A stretch of DNA of 63,635 nt, the filler included, from Licmophora abbreviata (taxonomy: Eukaryota), in NCBI GenBank assembly GCA_900291995.1. It is 8 parts of 8 records of this genome, joined end to end, with 100 filler letters (N's around TTAATTAATTAA, not from the genome) between each part and the next. Parts side by side here need not be neighbours in the genome. Positions count along the whole stretch, not along the records: positions 1 to 22,569 come from OLMU01003419.1; 7 more parts are not named here. One strand, given 5' to 3'. How positions within the stretch are numbered: position 1 is the stretch's first letter; every line of letters starts with the position of its first letter. The position numbers and the translations under genes were made by a program. The notes beneath the pieces were generated by a model, which did no database searches, was not told the origin of the DNA, and worked only from the letters and a program-made list of their open reading frames with translations. Below are positions 1 through 12,300 of the stretch, piece after piece.

Positions 1-508
1 ATTGCCTTTCCTCAAAGTCAGGGATGACGGAAGTATCCTTTTTGCGGCTTCCTCTCAATCTCTGAATATCCATGAGTCGTCGAAACGTCGTATCACCCAA
101 CTTGGCAATGTTGCAATCGGGATTCCGTTTAAAGATTCCACATTTACCAATGCCCTTCCAATTCCAAACGAACGACAGGTCCGCTGCTTCGTGCTCCGTG
201 AGGTACCCAGGACAATGTTCCTTGTTGGCGGCAATCGGGATGGCGCGGCAAATATCAATCTCACCCTCTTGCGTGGTACTGTTTTGTAACGTCATGGGGC
301 CCACAAGGTGATCCGTCACGAAGTCACCTAAGAGACACAGTTCCCGCTCGCCTGCACAGTGTACATTGGAGACTCTGACTTGAGTGGCATAGAAGAATCG
401 CTCGTCGAGCAAATCGTGGCAGTCGCCAGCATCCAAGCCACCAGCAGCTGAGATCCTTGTGGTTGAGTGAAGAACGCAAAGGAAAATAGCTCTGCGGAAG
501 AGCTTCAT
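1..508 (-). CDS. Hypothetical secreted Cys-containing protein, 3' end runs off the window (not in the ORF track)
   Basis: ATG at 508 opens MKLFRRAIFLCVLHSTTRISAAGGLDAGDCHDLLDERFFY..., with no stop down to position 1. The N-terminus resembles a signal peptide. Confidence 0.55.
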   Translation of the reverse strand, partial: MKLFRRAIFLCVLHSTTRISAAGGLDAGDCHDLLDERFFYATQVRVSNVHCAGERELCLLGDFVTDHLVGPMTLQNSTTQEGEIDICRAIPIAANKEHCPGYLTEHEAADLSFVWNWKGIGKCGIFKRNPDCNIAKLGDTTFRRLMDIQRLRGSRKKDTSVIPDFEERQ

Positions 509-1186
509 GGTGAATGGGTTTTGTGAAAGCGAAGGTGGGTAGGATGAGTTGTGTGCGTTTCAATTTCCGAATTGTGAGATGCGAATAGGGCTTGATTGAT
601 GCCGATGGTGGTCGATGATCATCTTGAGGGGCATGGGTGCAGATGGTTCATTGGGCCTTCTCGATGACCGGTAGGATTAAGCGCATCATGTATCAAAGTC
701 ATTTTGAGCATTCGGAGTTGAGAATGCGAGCTCGAAGTTTTGGAACCGCCAACACTGTGCGTCCTCGCCTCCAGAAGACATGTTGTTATCCTGGCATTCC
801 AAAGTTCGCCATTTCATGAACCTGCCCCACTTAGCACGCAGTCGCAACAACTTCTGATTATGAATCGATTTCATGAATCATCCTCCGGGAGGCAAGAAGA
901 ATAGAGAGATAAATGGCTTGGCCTCGTGACTCATGACTGAACTTTTACTCGTGACTGCCACGCCGCGGTGCGATCAGAGTATACTGTGTGTGATGTTGTG
1001 CGATCCAAAAGATGAGCGGCGAGAGAAGAGAGAGACAGCGGCATGATCCTTGGTTGCTCGTTTGTGTCTAGAGGCTGGATGTGCTTTGAACTCGCATGAC
1101 ATTGTTGCTGCCATCGTCTCTCGCAAAGGCATCTATGAATAGCAATGTGAAACACCGAGTGACTCGAACAGGAAAAAGGAGACACG

Positions 1187-2815
1187 ATGGAACTTCGAGT
1201 CCTCAACTCCAAACGCAATCGCAGGCTGCGTGGTGCTGGCATACCGATGCTCGTACCAGCACTACTGTTGCTGCTTCTTGTTTTGCTTCCTAAGCAGATC
1301 TCTGCCAAAACGGTTTATCGCGGAAGGTCTCCGGGTAGCTCACGGGCTTCCTTCATTGCTCCAGTATCTTCAGATTCGAGTCGCGGACGACGAACCACAC
1401 CGGACCGCCGTCGGATCTGCAGACCTACACGAACACGCACCCCATCCCGCACACTTTCGTCGACAGCATGCTTCTCTTCCGTCTCGAATCCCTTCCTTCA
1501 CAGCATGATACAGATATCACCCATGACATCGACACTGAGCATGACGATTCGAGCTTTGGCGGCCCTTTGTGGATCCGCCTGTTGCGGCATCTCATACGGT
1601 GGAGGCGGAGGTACACTGGTGACCTTACTCGTTGCAGCGCACATGTCCAATCTCAACATCAGTCCACCATCTCATTGGATGTACGATTTCTGCTGGACTC
1701 ATATACTTCCGGCTAGTTTGGTACTGCTACTACTATCCCCACCGACGGAACAACAACAACGACAAGACGACTCGACCATTCGAGATGTCGGGGCCGTAGC
1801 CGTCCCCTTTCTTGTCGGATCTATTGGTTCCGTGCTGGGCTGTATCTTCTCGTTTTGCATCTGCCTTTGGGGCGCTCATCATGTATCGGCTTTATCCGGA
1901 AAGTGTCTTCTGGTACCCAAAGAGGCGCTCGTGACGGCCGGATGTGTCTGTGCCAGCTTCATTGGCGGCCCATACAATTTTTTCGCCGCGGCTCGCATTG
2001 TTTCTACCAGTGATGTATTCGGAGAAGATGGAGGAATGCTGAGTAGTCTATTGGGTGCGAGTGCTGCTGACTTGTTGGTCATGGCCTTGTATTATACCAC
2101 CATCACAGCGTGCCTGTCGTCGAAGCGACTGAAACGATGGTTCCCAGGACGGAGTGGCATGCGTGGCGACGACGACAGCAAGACGCGGAATGCAGTGTCT
2201 GAGTTGCCAAAGCTCTCGATTCCGAAAGAACGTATGCTACCCGTAGCTCTCCTATCGACATGTGTTGCAGTTATTGGCGTATCAGTGTCACACGCCTGCG
2301 ACAGAGTCTTACAGGGAACAGAGTGTGCTAGTCTGGTGGCCCTCGGTGCCTTGTTGAGCCGCCTCTTGCCCAAGCTGTTTGGCAAGTCGAGAAGGAAGCT
2401 ACTAGCCGATGTCGATGCGTTCAGTACGACCATGTCAGAGTTTTGCTTTCACTTGCTCTTTGCTGCAATTGGCTCGTCCGCCAATCTAGGGGAAGCGGTG
2501 CGACTCGGTGGCTGGCACAGTGTTTCGAGCTTTTCCTTTTCAGCCTTGGCCCAGCTGGTACATTTGATTGTCATCATGGCAGGATCCTTTGGTATATCGA
2601 AATTACTTTTTCCTCTGAGCATCGACGAAGTCTTGGTGGCATCCAATGCTGCAATCGGTGGTCCCGTCACGGCGGCAACCTTTGCCGGCCAGGAGATTCC
2701 CGATCGCCGCGGACTGGTCGTCGCCGCGACGGTTTGGGGTGTCGTGGGCTACGCGGTTGGCACACGCATCGGTGTCCTACTCACACAGGCACTCATGCCA
2801 CTCCTCGCATTGTAG
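1187..2815 (+). CDS. DUF819 family multi-pass membrane protein with N-terminal targeting extension
   Basis: 542-aa ORF with many TM segments and DUF819-type motifs ASFIGGPYNF, LFAAIG, VASNAAIGGPVTAA and GYAVGT. Confidence 0.8.
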   Translation: MELRVLNSKRNRRLRGAGIPMLVPALLLLLLVLLPKQISAKTVYRGRSPGSSRASFIAPVSSDSSRGRRTTPDRRRICRPTRTRTPSRTLSSTACFSSVSNPFLHSMIQISPMTSTLSMTIRALAALCGSACCGISYGGGGGTLVTLLVAAHMSNLNISPPSHWMYDFCWTHILPASLVLLLLSPPTEQQQRQDDSTIRDVGAVAVPFLVGSIGSVLGCIFSFCICLWGAHHVSALSGKCLLVPKEALVTAGCVCASFIGGPYNFFAAARIVSTSDVFGEDGGMLSSLLGASAADLLVMALYYTTITACLSSKRLKRWFPGRSGMRGDDDSKTRNAVSELPKLSIPKERMLPVALLSTCVAVIGVSVSHACDRVLQGTECASLVALGALLSRLLPKLFGKSRRKLLADVDAFSTTMSEFCFHLLFAAIGSSANLGEAVRLGGWHSVSSFSFSALAQLVHLIVIMAGSFGISKLLFPLSIDEVLVASNAAIGGPVTAATFAGQEIPDRRGLVVAATVWGVVGYAVGTRIGVLLTQALMPLLAL

Positions 2816-3111
2816 GATAGTGTAAATGCTTTTTTATAGTAGGTTTTCAATGATGTTGGCAACGTTCGAACGTGTAGGGTGTGTGATCGAAGTAGAATGA
2901 CGGCGAGAGCTGCGGCGTGCTGGAATCGGCCGTCGAGGTTCGAGCTACGATATCTTTTCTGATCGCTCATCACCCGGATGTAGTTTTCCCATCCATCCAA
3001 GTTCCCGCCAGCCAATGGATCTTCCGGCTCTTTGGTCTTCGCCCACACTCTGCATTGGCTCTCTCCCTTTCATATCTTTGCGGTATTCTCTGTCTCTCTC
3101 GCTGTTCCACC

Positions 3112-5061
3112 ATGATCTCCAACACGGCTCAAGTTCCGAAACTACAGGGTGGCCTGGTGACTCTGGATACAATCAAGAGGCCGTGCGATGTGGGAAGGCG
3201 TCGTACCAAGATTATCTGCACCATTGTAAGTATTTTCCAACAAATTTGAGCAAGTCAGGTCGAATCTTTGTCGCATGCACTCGCTGTGCTCACTCTTTGT
3301 ACACTCTCTCTTCTCTTAAATTTCGACTAGGGCCCCGCCTGCTGGAGCGAAGAAGGATTGGCGACGCTCATGGATACCGGTATGAATGTGGCCCGCTTCA
3401 ACTTTTCGCATGGCGACCATGAGGGACACGGTAAGGTCCTGGCAAGACTCCGTGCAGTGGCCAAGCAAAAGAAGCGAAACATTGGTGAGTACAGACAGAA
3501 CCCTGGATGTGGTGATATAATGAGAATGACAAACAAGTGTACGAAAATTTCTCATCAAAACTGTCTCTCTGTGTATATTTACTCCTACCTACCTACTACC
3601 TACAATATCAGCCATCTTGCTCGACACCAAGGGTCCCGAGATTCGCTCTGGTTTCTTTGCCGACGGAGCCTCTAAAGTAAATCTCGTCAAGGGCGAAAAA
3701 CTCATTCTCACGTCCGACTATGCCTACAAGGGAAACAGTATGAAACTCGCCTGCTCGTACCCCTCCCTTGCCAAGAGCGTGTCGAGGGGTCAACAGATTC
3801 TCGTCGCGGACGGGAGTTTGGTACTGACGGTGCTGTCCACGGACGAACCGGCGGGAGAAGTGGCCTGTCGTATTGAAAACAATTGCAGTATCGGAGAACG
3901 CAAGAACATGAATCTGCCAGGCGTTGTGGTGGATCTTCCGACCTTTACCGACAAGGATGTCAGCGACATTGTCGACTTTGGAATCCATCATAAGGTCGAT
4001 TTCATTGCCGCGTCCTTTGTGCGCAAGGCGAGCGACGTGGACAATCTGCGCACCTTGCTCCGTGACAATGGCGGGGCCAGTATTCAAATCATTTGCAAGA
4101 TTGAAAATCAAGAGGGTCTCGAAAACTACGATGCCATTCTGGAGCAGACCGACGCCATCATGGTGGCGCGTGGTGATTTGGGCATGGAGATCCCTCCCTC
4201 CAAAGTCTTTTTGGCGCAAAAGTTAATGATTCGTCGGGCTAACATTATGGGGAAACCGGTTGTGACAGCGACGCAAATGTTGGAAAGTATGATCGACAAT
4301 CCGCGTCCGACGCGTGCGGAATGCAGCGATGTGGCGAATGCAGTTTACGATGGAACCGATGCTGTCATGGTACGGTGCGATCGAGTGTTTTGCGCGTTTA
4401 TGCCATTCATGCATTTGACGATTGCTGACGATGCGCCACTTCTCCCTTCTCATTTCGAACACAGCTGTCTGGAGAAACGGCCAATGGCCCGTACTTTGAG
4501 CAGGCTGTGGCAGTCATGGCCCGCACGTGCGTCGAAGCGGAGGGCAGTCGCAACTACAATCACCTCTTTCAGAGTGTCCGCAACACGATTGTCAACACGA
4601 GTGGTGCACTCACAATGGGCGAGAGCATGGCCAGCAGCGCCGTCAAGACGGTGCTTGATATCAAAGCGAGCTTGATCTTGGTAATGAGCGAGACGGGAAC
4701 CATGGCGAACTATGTCGCCAAGTTTCGTCCCGGCGCCAGTATTCTGTGTGTGACGCCGAGTGAAACAGCGGCGCGCCAAGCCTCTGGACTTTTATGTGGA
4801 TGTCATACTATTGTGGTGGATTCGTTGTCCAACTCGGAGGAGTTGATTGAAGAAGTGAGCACCGAGTTGATTATGGCCAACTTGGTCAGTGAAGGTGACC
4901 AGATGGTGGTGATTGCAGGACGCATGGCGGGGATGAAGGAACAGCTCAAGGTGATCACAATGGAAAAGGGCACGAGGTATGGTCACATTCAGACCGATGG
5001 AGGCAGCTTTTACTTTGACCACGACATGATCTTGAATTACTCGCGCTCGCTTTCCCTGTGA
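3112..5061 (+). CDS. PK: Pyruvate kinase (4 exons: 3112-3225, 3331-3484, 3612-4369, 4465-5061), probably cytosolic
   Basis: [55 protein letters not shown] and DAVM/LSGETA motifs. GT-AG introns restore a continuous frame. Confidence 0.97.
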
Positions 5062-5196
5062 GGTGGACGCCTGTGAAGTGGACGTGGACGAGCTTGCGTG
5101 GCGAGATATTATGCGGTCGATTTGACACCGAGGGCAAGGCGTTAGACGACAAACAAGGCAACGGTACCAGGTGCTGTTTCTCCGTTTACTACTATC

Positions 5197-5265
5197 CTAC
5201 GTGGTATTAGCTACTCTCAACTGTAGCAAGCTACGTGGTATTAGCGACGCTCTCACTGTAGCAAG
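5197..5265. repeat. Imperfect tandem duplication of a ~34-35 bp unit
   Basis: ctacgtggtattagctactctcaactgtagcaag followed by ctacgtggtattagcgacgctctcactgtagcaag. Confidence 0.85.
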
Positions 5266-5862
5266 TACGTACTGGTCTTGCTTTGCAGTTATACTTGTCT
5301 AGCTGCCTTTACGTCGTAGAGCAGCGGCCCCAGGTCTCTCGAGGGACGCTTTCATCATTGTCGGGCTTAACATCCTTCAGTGATATTACAGTATGGGAAA
5401 CGAGAACCTAGGAAAGAGTAGTCAACAAGTTTGCTGGGATATGCCGGTAGGCGACCATGGTCAGAACTTCGAAGAGAGACCGGCGCGGTACCGCTGATGG
5501 ATTCTTCTTGCGAGCTCTCCCTCACTCTATTGGCGGCAAGAGCGCTTCCAGCATTGACTACAATGACACAATGACCGCGAGTAATAAGGTACTTTTACTT
5601 TCTATGATAGACGAAAGAGGGTGCTCTTGCCATCGATGCGCTCTCAGGTTCCTTCCAGAGAAGCGAACGATTGACGTCATTCCTGGTAGAGAAGGAGGAG
5701 GAGGAGGAGAAGAAGAAGAAGAAGTTTTGTGCTGGATCGCGTCCGGCGTCTTACAACAGTGATTGGCAAAGCAGCAGACAAGGCGGCGCCCCTCCCGTGA
5801 TTTCGAAACGGCAATCAGCAGTCTGTCCTTTTTTCGGCTTTTCTGCTCTCGGCATAGCCGGC

Positions 5863-7248
5863 ATGCCTTCCGAGCTCTCTACTGCCGCGGTTGGGAGCAG
5901 TGGCAGTCTATCGCCTGCCTCACAACGCCACCAAGCAGGAAGTAAAACACGACGACGTGGTACCGAACGGGCTTTGCTTGCCGCAGTGCTTGCCATGGGA
6001 CTCATCATTTGCTTGGGAAACGTCGTCTATGTCCTTCACGTGACAGATACGAGTGCTTACCCTGTACTGCCTGGGCATGCGACAGACATCTTGTCGTCAA
6101 GACGGCACAAGACGTTACTTTATGATGGGCACGCTACTACAGCTACTACGTCTACCGCTACTATGAGGAGTGATCCATCCGCGACGAAGGAAGACGCCAC
6201 GCCAAGTGCGGCTGGCAAGGAGAGAATCCTGGAAATACTCCGAGAAGCGAACGTGACGGACATTCCCCCCGACAGATTGGAGAAACTACCCACTTGGGAC
6301 GAAGTCGTGTCGTTCTATGGCGACAAACCACGCATCGTCGGTCTTGACACGTGCGACGCCTTTCAACAGGAAGTCCCGCCCGCGGAACGTTTCCTGGGTG
6401 TGGCGGGAACCTTCAACAGCGGCACGAACTTGCTCGCTGAACTTCTCCTTGCAAATTGTCGTATCACGGCTCGTCAAGCCAAATACGGACGACACAGTCA
6501 TGGCATTCGATGGCAAGTCAATTGGGGAAAGCATCAAGTGGCGCGGTGGCGACTTGAGAACAAGGTCGATCGGGACATTGACAATGAACATTTCCTTCCC
6601 ATCGTTACCATCCGGGACAATTATAGTTGGATGCAAAGCATGTGTCGAAGACGATACGCTGCTCATTGGTTCCATGCCGACGGGCATTGTCCGAATCTGA
6701 TTCCGACCTACATCGATTGGACCTTTCTGGAGTATGCGAGGACAGGGCGTTTCAAAAGTATGGTGGACATTCATCATCGAGATCCTTGGTTGAAAGACAA
6801 CGTCATGAATACGGCAGGATTCACCAAGAACTCGACTGTCGTTCCTCTTTATGTACGATACAAACTGAGGAACATGACACACACATCCCTGGCGCACTTG
6901 TGGAACGACTGGTATCGAGACTACTACGAGGCCGACTTTCCTCGAATCATGATTCGCTTTGAGGATTTGGTATTCCATGCGAAGGAGGTTATTACAACAG
7001 TGTGTCACTGTGCAGGAGGAGCTATGCAAGACGACTTTCAATACATTGTGGATTCAGCAAAAAAGGGTGGGGACAACATACACGGTACAGATCGAACCAA
7101 TTACTTGGACGCCATGATCAAATACGGTTCGGTAGAGCACCACGCACAGCGAACAAAAGGAATGACGAGTGACGATAAGGCTTATGCACGTAACTCGTTC
7201 GATGTGGAGCTCATGAACTTATTCGGCTACGAATTTCCAGAGGACTGA
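5863..7248 (+). CDS. Type II membrane sulfotransferase-like (P-loop fold) protein, diatom-type family; paralog of 25065-26435
   Basis: N-terminal TM, then GTFNSGTNLL (5'PSB-like), WQVNWGKH, IRDNYSWMQSMC (3'PB-like) and IRFEDL. First ATG is at 5863. Confidence 0.75.
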   Translation: MPSELSTAAVGSSGSLSPASQRHQAGSKTRRRGTERALLAAVLAMGLIICLGNVVYVLHVTDTSAYPVLPGHATDILSSRRHKTLLYDGHATTATTSTATMRSDPSATKEDATPSAAGKERILEILREANVTDIPPDRLEKLPTWDEVVSFYGDKPRIVGLDTCDAFQQEVPPAERFLGVAGTFNSGTNLLAELLLANCRITARQAKYGRHSHGIRWQVNWGKHQVARWRLENKVDRDIDNEHFLPIVTIRDNYSWMQSMCRRRYAAHWFHADGHCPNLIPTYIDWTFLEYARTGRFKSMVDIHHRDPWLKDNVMNTAGFTKNSTVVPLYVRYKLRNMTHTSLAHLWNDWYRDYYEADFPRIMIRFEDLVFHAKEVITTVCHCAGGAMQDDFQYIVDSAKKGGDNIHGTDRTNYLDAMIKYGSVEHHAQRTKGMTSDDKAYARNSFDVELMNLFGYEFPED

Positions 7249-7513
7249 GTCGTCGTCGGCGACTCTGCGGACGGTGTGCTCGCCGAGACTGAAAACGCCT
7301 GTCACATTCAATCGCGAACGTGGGTGCGGTCAAGATATTGCGTCTGAGTTTGCAATATCTGCCTTTCAACGTTATCATCGAGCAAAACAGACTACCCCAG
7401 CGATAAACACGGTGCCCGTAGCCAATCCGAGCGATCGTACTAACACGACTTTTCTTCCAACTCAACATGCATTCTACAAACTTCTTGAGTGCTCGCTACT
7501 CCTCGCTGTGAAC

Positions 7514-8950
7514 TCATCCTCTCTCTTGTACGTACTCACGATCGGTCACCGGCACATTCTGAATATCGGTTAAGATCAGTGTCCATGCGTGTTGACAGGG
7601 GACGATATCAGGCGTTAAGAGAGGAAGTTCGAGTTCCATTCCATCTCCCGTCTTACTGCTCCAAGACACGTCCCCATCGTACCCCAACATCCGGACGGTC
7701 GTCGTCCTTGCTGTTGGAACGGGACAAGTCAGCGTCAAGTGATTCCCCGTCGGCCAAGTCGTCATAATGGCGTAAACAGTACTCGTTTTTGGATCGATTG
7801 TATAGTAAACGCTGGTATCAGTTTCATTGGGACACGCCGCCCACGGTCGCGTCGAGTAGATTGCCTCTCCGTTAACGCGGAGCCAATCTCCGATACCGAG
7901 TAGGCGATCGACAAAGATCGGCGAGATGGTGCCGTCCGCCGATGGACCCACATTCAGAAGCATGTTGCCGTTATACGCTACAGTTTCAATCAAGCCATGA
8001 ATCAGTTCTCGTGTCGTAAGGTAGTCTGCGTAACTGGCGTTCCGATTGAATCCCCATGACGTTCGGTCAATCGTCATGGCATCTTCCCACTTCCTCGACT
8101 GCAACTTACCAGGCTGGTATCGATCCTGACAAGTGAGAAAGCCTCCATGATGACACGTCGCTTCATAGCCCCATCGGTCGTTCCAGACGGCGGTTTGATT
8201 TACGGCACTGTGCGTAGCGTACCACGCCAGAAACTCGGTGCTCTTCCAATACGAGCTCGGCGCGTCCCATTCGCCGTCGCTCCAGATGAGTTCAGGCTGG
8301 TATTTCTTCACCAAATCGTAAAGTTCTGGCAGCGTCTTGCTGTCGACAAAGGAAGATTTCGTAAAATTGGATTTCTGATCTTGTTGATAGGTCGGATTGT
8401 ACCATTCAAACAGACTATGGTATACTCCAAACTTGAGCCTGCGTTGCGTGAAAGGACTGGTGCTTTTCTTAATGGCCTTGGCCAAGTCTCCCAGTATATC
8501 TCTTCGCGGACCGACGTCCATTGCATTCCAGTTCCACGTGCTTGGTACAGCATCTTTTGAATCCCAATTACAGAATCCTTCGTGATGTTTGCTGGTGAGC
8601 ACCACATATTGCGCGCCACTGTCGGCAAAGACGCGCACCCATTCTTCGGGACGATAGAGAGTCGCGTCGAAGCGACGCGCATAGTCCGGGTAGGCAAACT
8701 TCCCACGCTCCGTCTGATCGACGAAGTCTTGATAGTCGGTGTCATTGCTGGTTTTCCAAAAGTCCCAGAACCATTCGGATCCAAAGGATGGTACCGAGAA
8801 TACACCCCAATGAATGAAAATTCCAAACTTGGCCTCATCGTACCAATTTGGAAGAGGACGAGAATCTAACGACTCCCATGTCGCATCCCAACAGTGATGG
8901 AGGGGCAAGAATAATAAAAAGAGCCAGAAACGAGTCGCAAAGAGCGTCAT
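7514..8950 (-). CDS. Alpha-L-fucosidase (GH29), secreted/lysosomal
   Basis: Signal peptide; WYDEAKFGIFIHWGVFSVP, TSKHHEGF, WSDG, WNDRWG, GNMLLNVGP and WLRVNGEAIY motifs. Confidence 0.96.
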   Translation of the reverse strand: MTLFATRFWLFLLFLPLHHCWDATWESLDSRPLPNWYDEAKFGIFIHWGVFSVPSFGSEWFWDFWKTSNDTDYQDFVDQTERGKFAYPDYARRFDATLYRPEEWVRVFADSGAQYVVLTSKHHEGFCNWDSKDAVPSTWNWNAMDVGPRRDILGDLAKAIKKSTSPFTQRRLKFGVYHSLFEWYNPTYQQDQKSNFTKSSFVDSKTLPELYDLVKKYQPELIWSDGEWDAPSSYWKSTEFLAWYATHSAVNQTAVWNDRWGYEATCHHGGFLTCQDRYQPGKLQSRKWEDAMTIDRTSWGFNRNASYADYLTTRELIHGLIETVAYNGNMLLNVGPSADGTISPIFVDRLLGIGDWLRVNGEAIYSTRPWAACPNETDTSVYYTIDPKTSTVYAIMTTWPTGNHLTLTCPVPTARTTTVRMLGYDGDVSWSSKTGDGMELELPLLTPDIVPCQHAWTLILTDIQNVPVTDREYVQERG

Positions 8951-9378
8951 GGTGAAGGTCGCAGAGAGAAAGATCCATCAGCAGCGACGCAACGCCGCAA
9001 CATACGATATGTAGCAGTCATCGGCACGTTCGCGCCAAATTCAGCCCTGGCCTTGAAATGTCTGAGTCGGACATTATTACTATTACATGATGTCGCACTG
9101 GCACTCACGTACTGTAAGACTTAAGACCGCCCGAGCCGTGTCCTGTGATGAGGCGTCTCACTTTTTTGACTGAACGACTGTCGCACCCCATCGGAAGAGT
9201 CGACACCAGGCTTCGCGTTCGCATTTCGTCCCACTCGTTGTCTTCCCGAGAATTCCTCGGTGATTTGATTGACTCTTGTGTTCTCATAACATCATGAAAC
9301 ATTTGAGAAATGAAACAACATCATCGACAACAAGAAGTTTTTGCCATTTGACAACTCAGTACATCGAACAGCACCCGT

Positions 9379-12300
9379 ATGACGCAACCCAGTCCCAACG
9401 AGCCTGTGGCGGGTATCGTGTTGAAAGACGAAATCCGCTCAGGTGAGCATGTATTGTCGCGCTTGTGCCACTTGATGGCGAGATGACGAATCTCACTAAA
9501 ACCTCATGCGCCTCACGTACCATCTCAGAACAACCAGTACAAGAAGAGCAGGACGGCGGCGATGACGAGTCATCCAAGTCGCTCCATGACCGAGCCGAGG
9601 AAGTCCTGCTAGGCTGGACGAACGACTGGGCCCGCTGTGTCGTTCTTCGTATCAAGGCTCCACTTGTGCGTTTTCTGGTCAAGGTGACGAGGCATGCAGC
9701 GACCTTTCCCAAGACGTACATTGTCAGTATCATTGCGTTCAGCGTTGTTATGTTGGTGAGTAGTATATGTACGAGTATTGATAGAATGTGGGGGCTGTGC
9801 TGATCTGATACAGTAGAATCGGTCCTGCGCCTTGTATCAATACACTCATTGTCTTGTGTATATATTCCATTTCGTATACAGGTCATTGGCTTTGCCACCA
9901 ACTTTGAGAACGAGCTGGACGAAGACAACGCATGGACTCCCACCGGTAGTCGCTCGCTCAGCCACGGCGATTGGATCGACGACGAGTCGGGCTTTGCCGA
10001 GGAGCCACGTCATCTCTTACTGACGCTCCATACGAACGGAGGCAATGTCATGCAAACGAATCATGCGACTGAAGGAGTGCGGCGGGTGTTTGAAGCCGTC
10101 GATCTGGCAAGAAGCGTCGAAGGGTACGATGAGCTATGCTTTCAGCACGAGCATGCTGTATGGGATCAGGGAATTGGTAACTACACGTGTCCTGTACATG
10201 CCATTACATCGTTTTGGAATGATACAACGGCAGTCTTTGACGAGGAGGTCTCTTCTGACGAAGAAGCCATTGAAACGTTGTCGTCGCTTGTGTATCCGGA
10301 CGGTCAGCCGGTCGATCGGATGCAAGTAATGGGGTATGCCACCGAGGCGGAGCCTAACAATCCTGATAACAACTTGTTAGTGTCGGCACTTTCCTATGTT
10401 GTTATCATCGAGATCACTCCGAATGACGACGAGGCTGACAAGGTGGAAGACAAGATTATTGATGAGATCCTGGACCTTCAAGACCAGTGGGCCGCCGACG
10501 AGCCAAACAGTCCATTTCGAATCGAGATCATGGCGTATCGCTCTTTCGGCGACGAATTCTCCCGAGCCATTGTCACAGACTTGCCGTTGCTCCCGGTCGT
10601 CTTTGTCATTATGGCTGTCTTGTGTATAATCATCTTCTCCAGGCGAGATCGGGTGGAATCGCGCGGAGCGGTTGGATTTGGAGCTACAGTGACCGTGCTA
10701 CTAGCCCTCATGACGGGCTATGGTCTCTTGTTCATATGCGGCGTGCCCTTTTCCTTCCTTACGCAGGTATGTACCGGTTCGTGACTTTTGTGCGGGACTT
10801 TTGGCAATTGAGACCTAGAAAACTGGGGACTCTTGGCTCACATACGTTCGTCTGTTTCGAATCCAACTTTTTACTCCTCAGATCTTGCCCTTCGTGATCT
10901 TTGCGGTTGGAGTTGACGACAGTTTCATAATTTATGGCTCTTACATCCGAACGGACCCGACTCATGACGCGGCTGACCGAGTGGAAAAGACGATCGAGGA
11001 CATTGGAAGCTCCATTACCCTCACGACCGTCACCACGGCATTGGCGTTCGGACTCGGCTGCATATCCAGCATTCCGGCTGTCTTCTGGTTGTGTGCCTAT
11101 GCCTTTCCGACAATCATCATTGACTACATCTATCAGTTGACCTTCTTCATTGCCATACTGTCGCTGGACGAACGACGTGTCAAGGCAAAGCGCAAGGACT
11201 GTTGCTGTTGTCGCGACCCGCCTACTGCGTCGGACGAGGATGGTGCATCGACCCAAGCGGAGAATGAACAAGCGGACACTCAGCCACACTTTGCCGATCG
11301 GATAATGGTCGCGTATGGAACTTTTCTGATGCAGACCTGGGTGAAGGTTGCAGTCATTGCCGGTTTCATTGCGTTGACTACCATCTGCATTATTAGCGCG
11401 ACCAAGTTGGAGCAGCACTTTGAGTTCATCGAGCTCGTCCCTGACGACTCCTACCTCATTCCCGCCTGGAATGCCTTCCAAGACTACTATGAGCTGAGTG
11501 GAGTTCGACCTGGTGCCTACTTTCGCTTTATCGACCAGTCTGATCCCGACATTCAAGTCCAGATGGAAAACTATATCAACGACTTGGTGAATCAGACCGT
11601 GGATGGCTACGATATGCCGTTCATTAGCCAGCAGCCGTTCAAGGTACGTCTCTCTTGGCTGTGTATTGAGCGCGTTCTGAATACTAGAGGTCTACCTTAT
11701 TTCTTACGCTTGGTGCATTCACATCGGTGTAGTTCTGGCTAAGAGACTTTCACTACTTTATTGAGACGACCCAGTCAGTCCAAGAACTTCCGTTCAACGA
11801 TCAAGTGCAAGAGTTTCTCAAAGACCCCGTCTATGCGGCCCAGCACGCGGAAGACATGGTTCTCGACTCGAGCAACAACCTCATCGAGTCGCGTACTTTT
11901 CTGGATATGGATGGAGTCAATCAAGACGAGGTCCAGGAGCAGATTGACGCCCTTGAATGGCAGAGGAGTGTGTCGTCCAAACAGCCGGCAAACAAAGGAG
12001 AGTCAGATTGGAGGCTTTTCACGTACTCGAGCGCATACTATATCTGGGAGTTTGTAAGTCGTTGGGTCGTTCGCGTGGATCTCTATTGCTCTTGACAATG
12101 GCCGCGCCTCTAAATTCTCACATTGACTCTCTGTCCCTCTTCTTCGCTGCCCAGTATGCGGTCGCAGTCGACGAGATTGTCCTGACGTCCGTGATTGGTG
12201 TTGTTGCGGTCAGTGTCATCAGCTTGGTTGCAATTCCCCACTGGACTGCCGTACTATACGTTGCGCCGCTTGTCATGATTCTTTATGTGGACCTTCTAGG

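Noticed and set aside
3608..4219. Long antisense/alternate-frame ORFs over PK and others (e.g. 6286-7041, 10759-11556, 51077-51766, 53218-53961, 56066-56809)
   Set aside because: Shadow ORFs of well-supported genes; no recognisable motifs.
5197..5265. Possible CRISPR-like repeat (~35 bp)
   Set aside because: Only two adjacent copies with no spacer, a eukaryotic context and no cas genes.
5671..5862. EEEEEKKKKK N-terminal extension of the sulfotransferase-like ORF
   Set aside because: Depends on a TTG start and a GGA/GAA microsatellite; the first ATG at 5863 is more plausible for a eukaryote.
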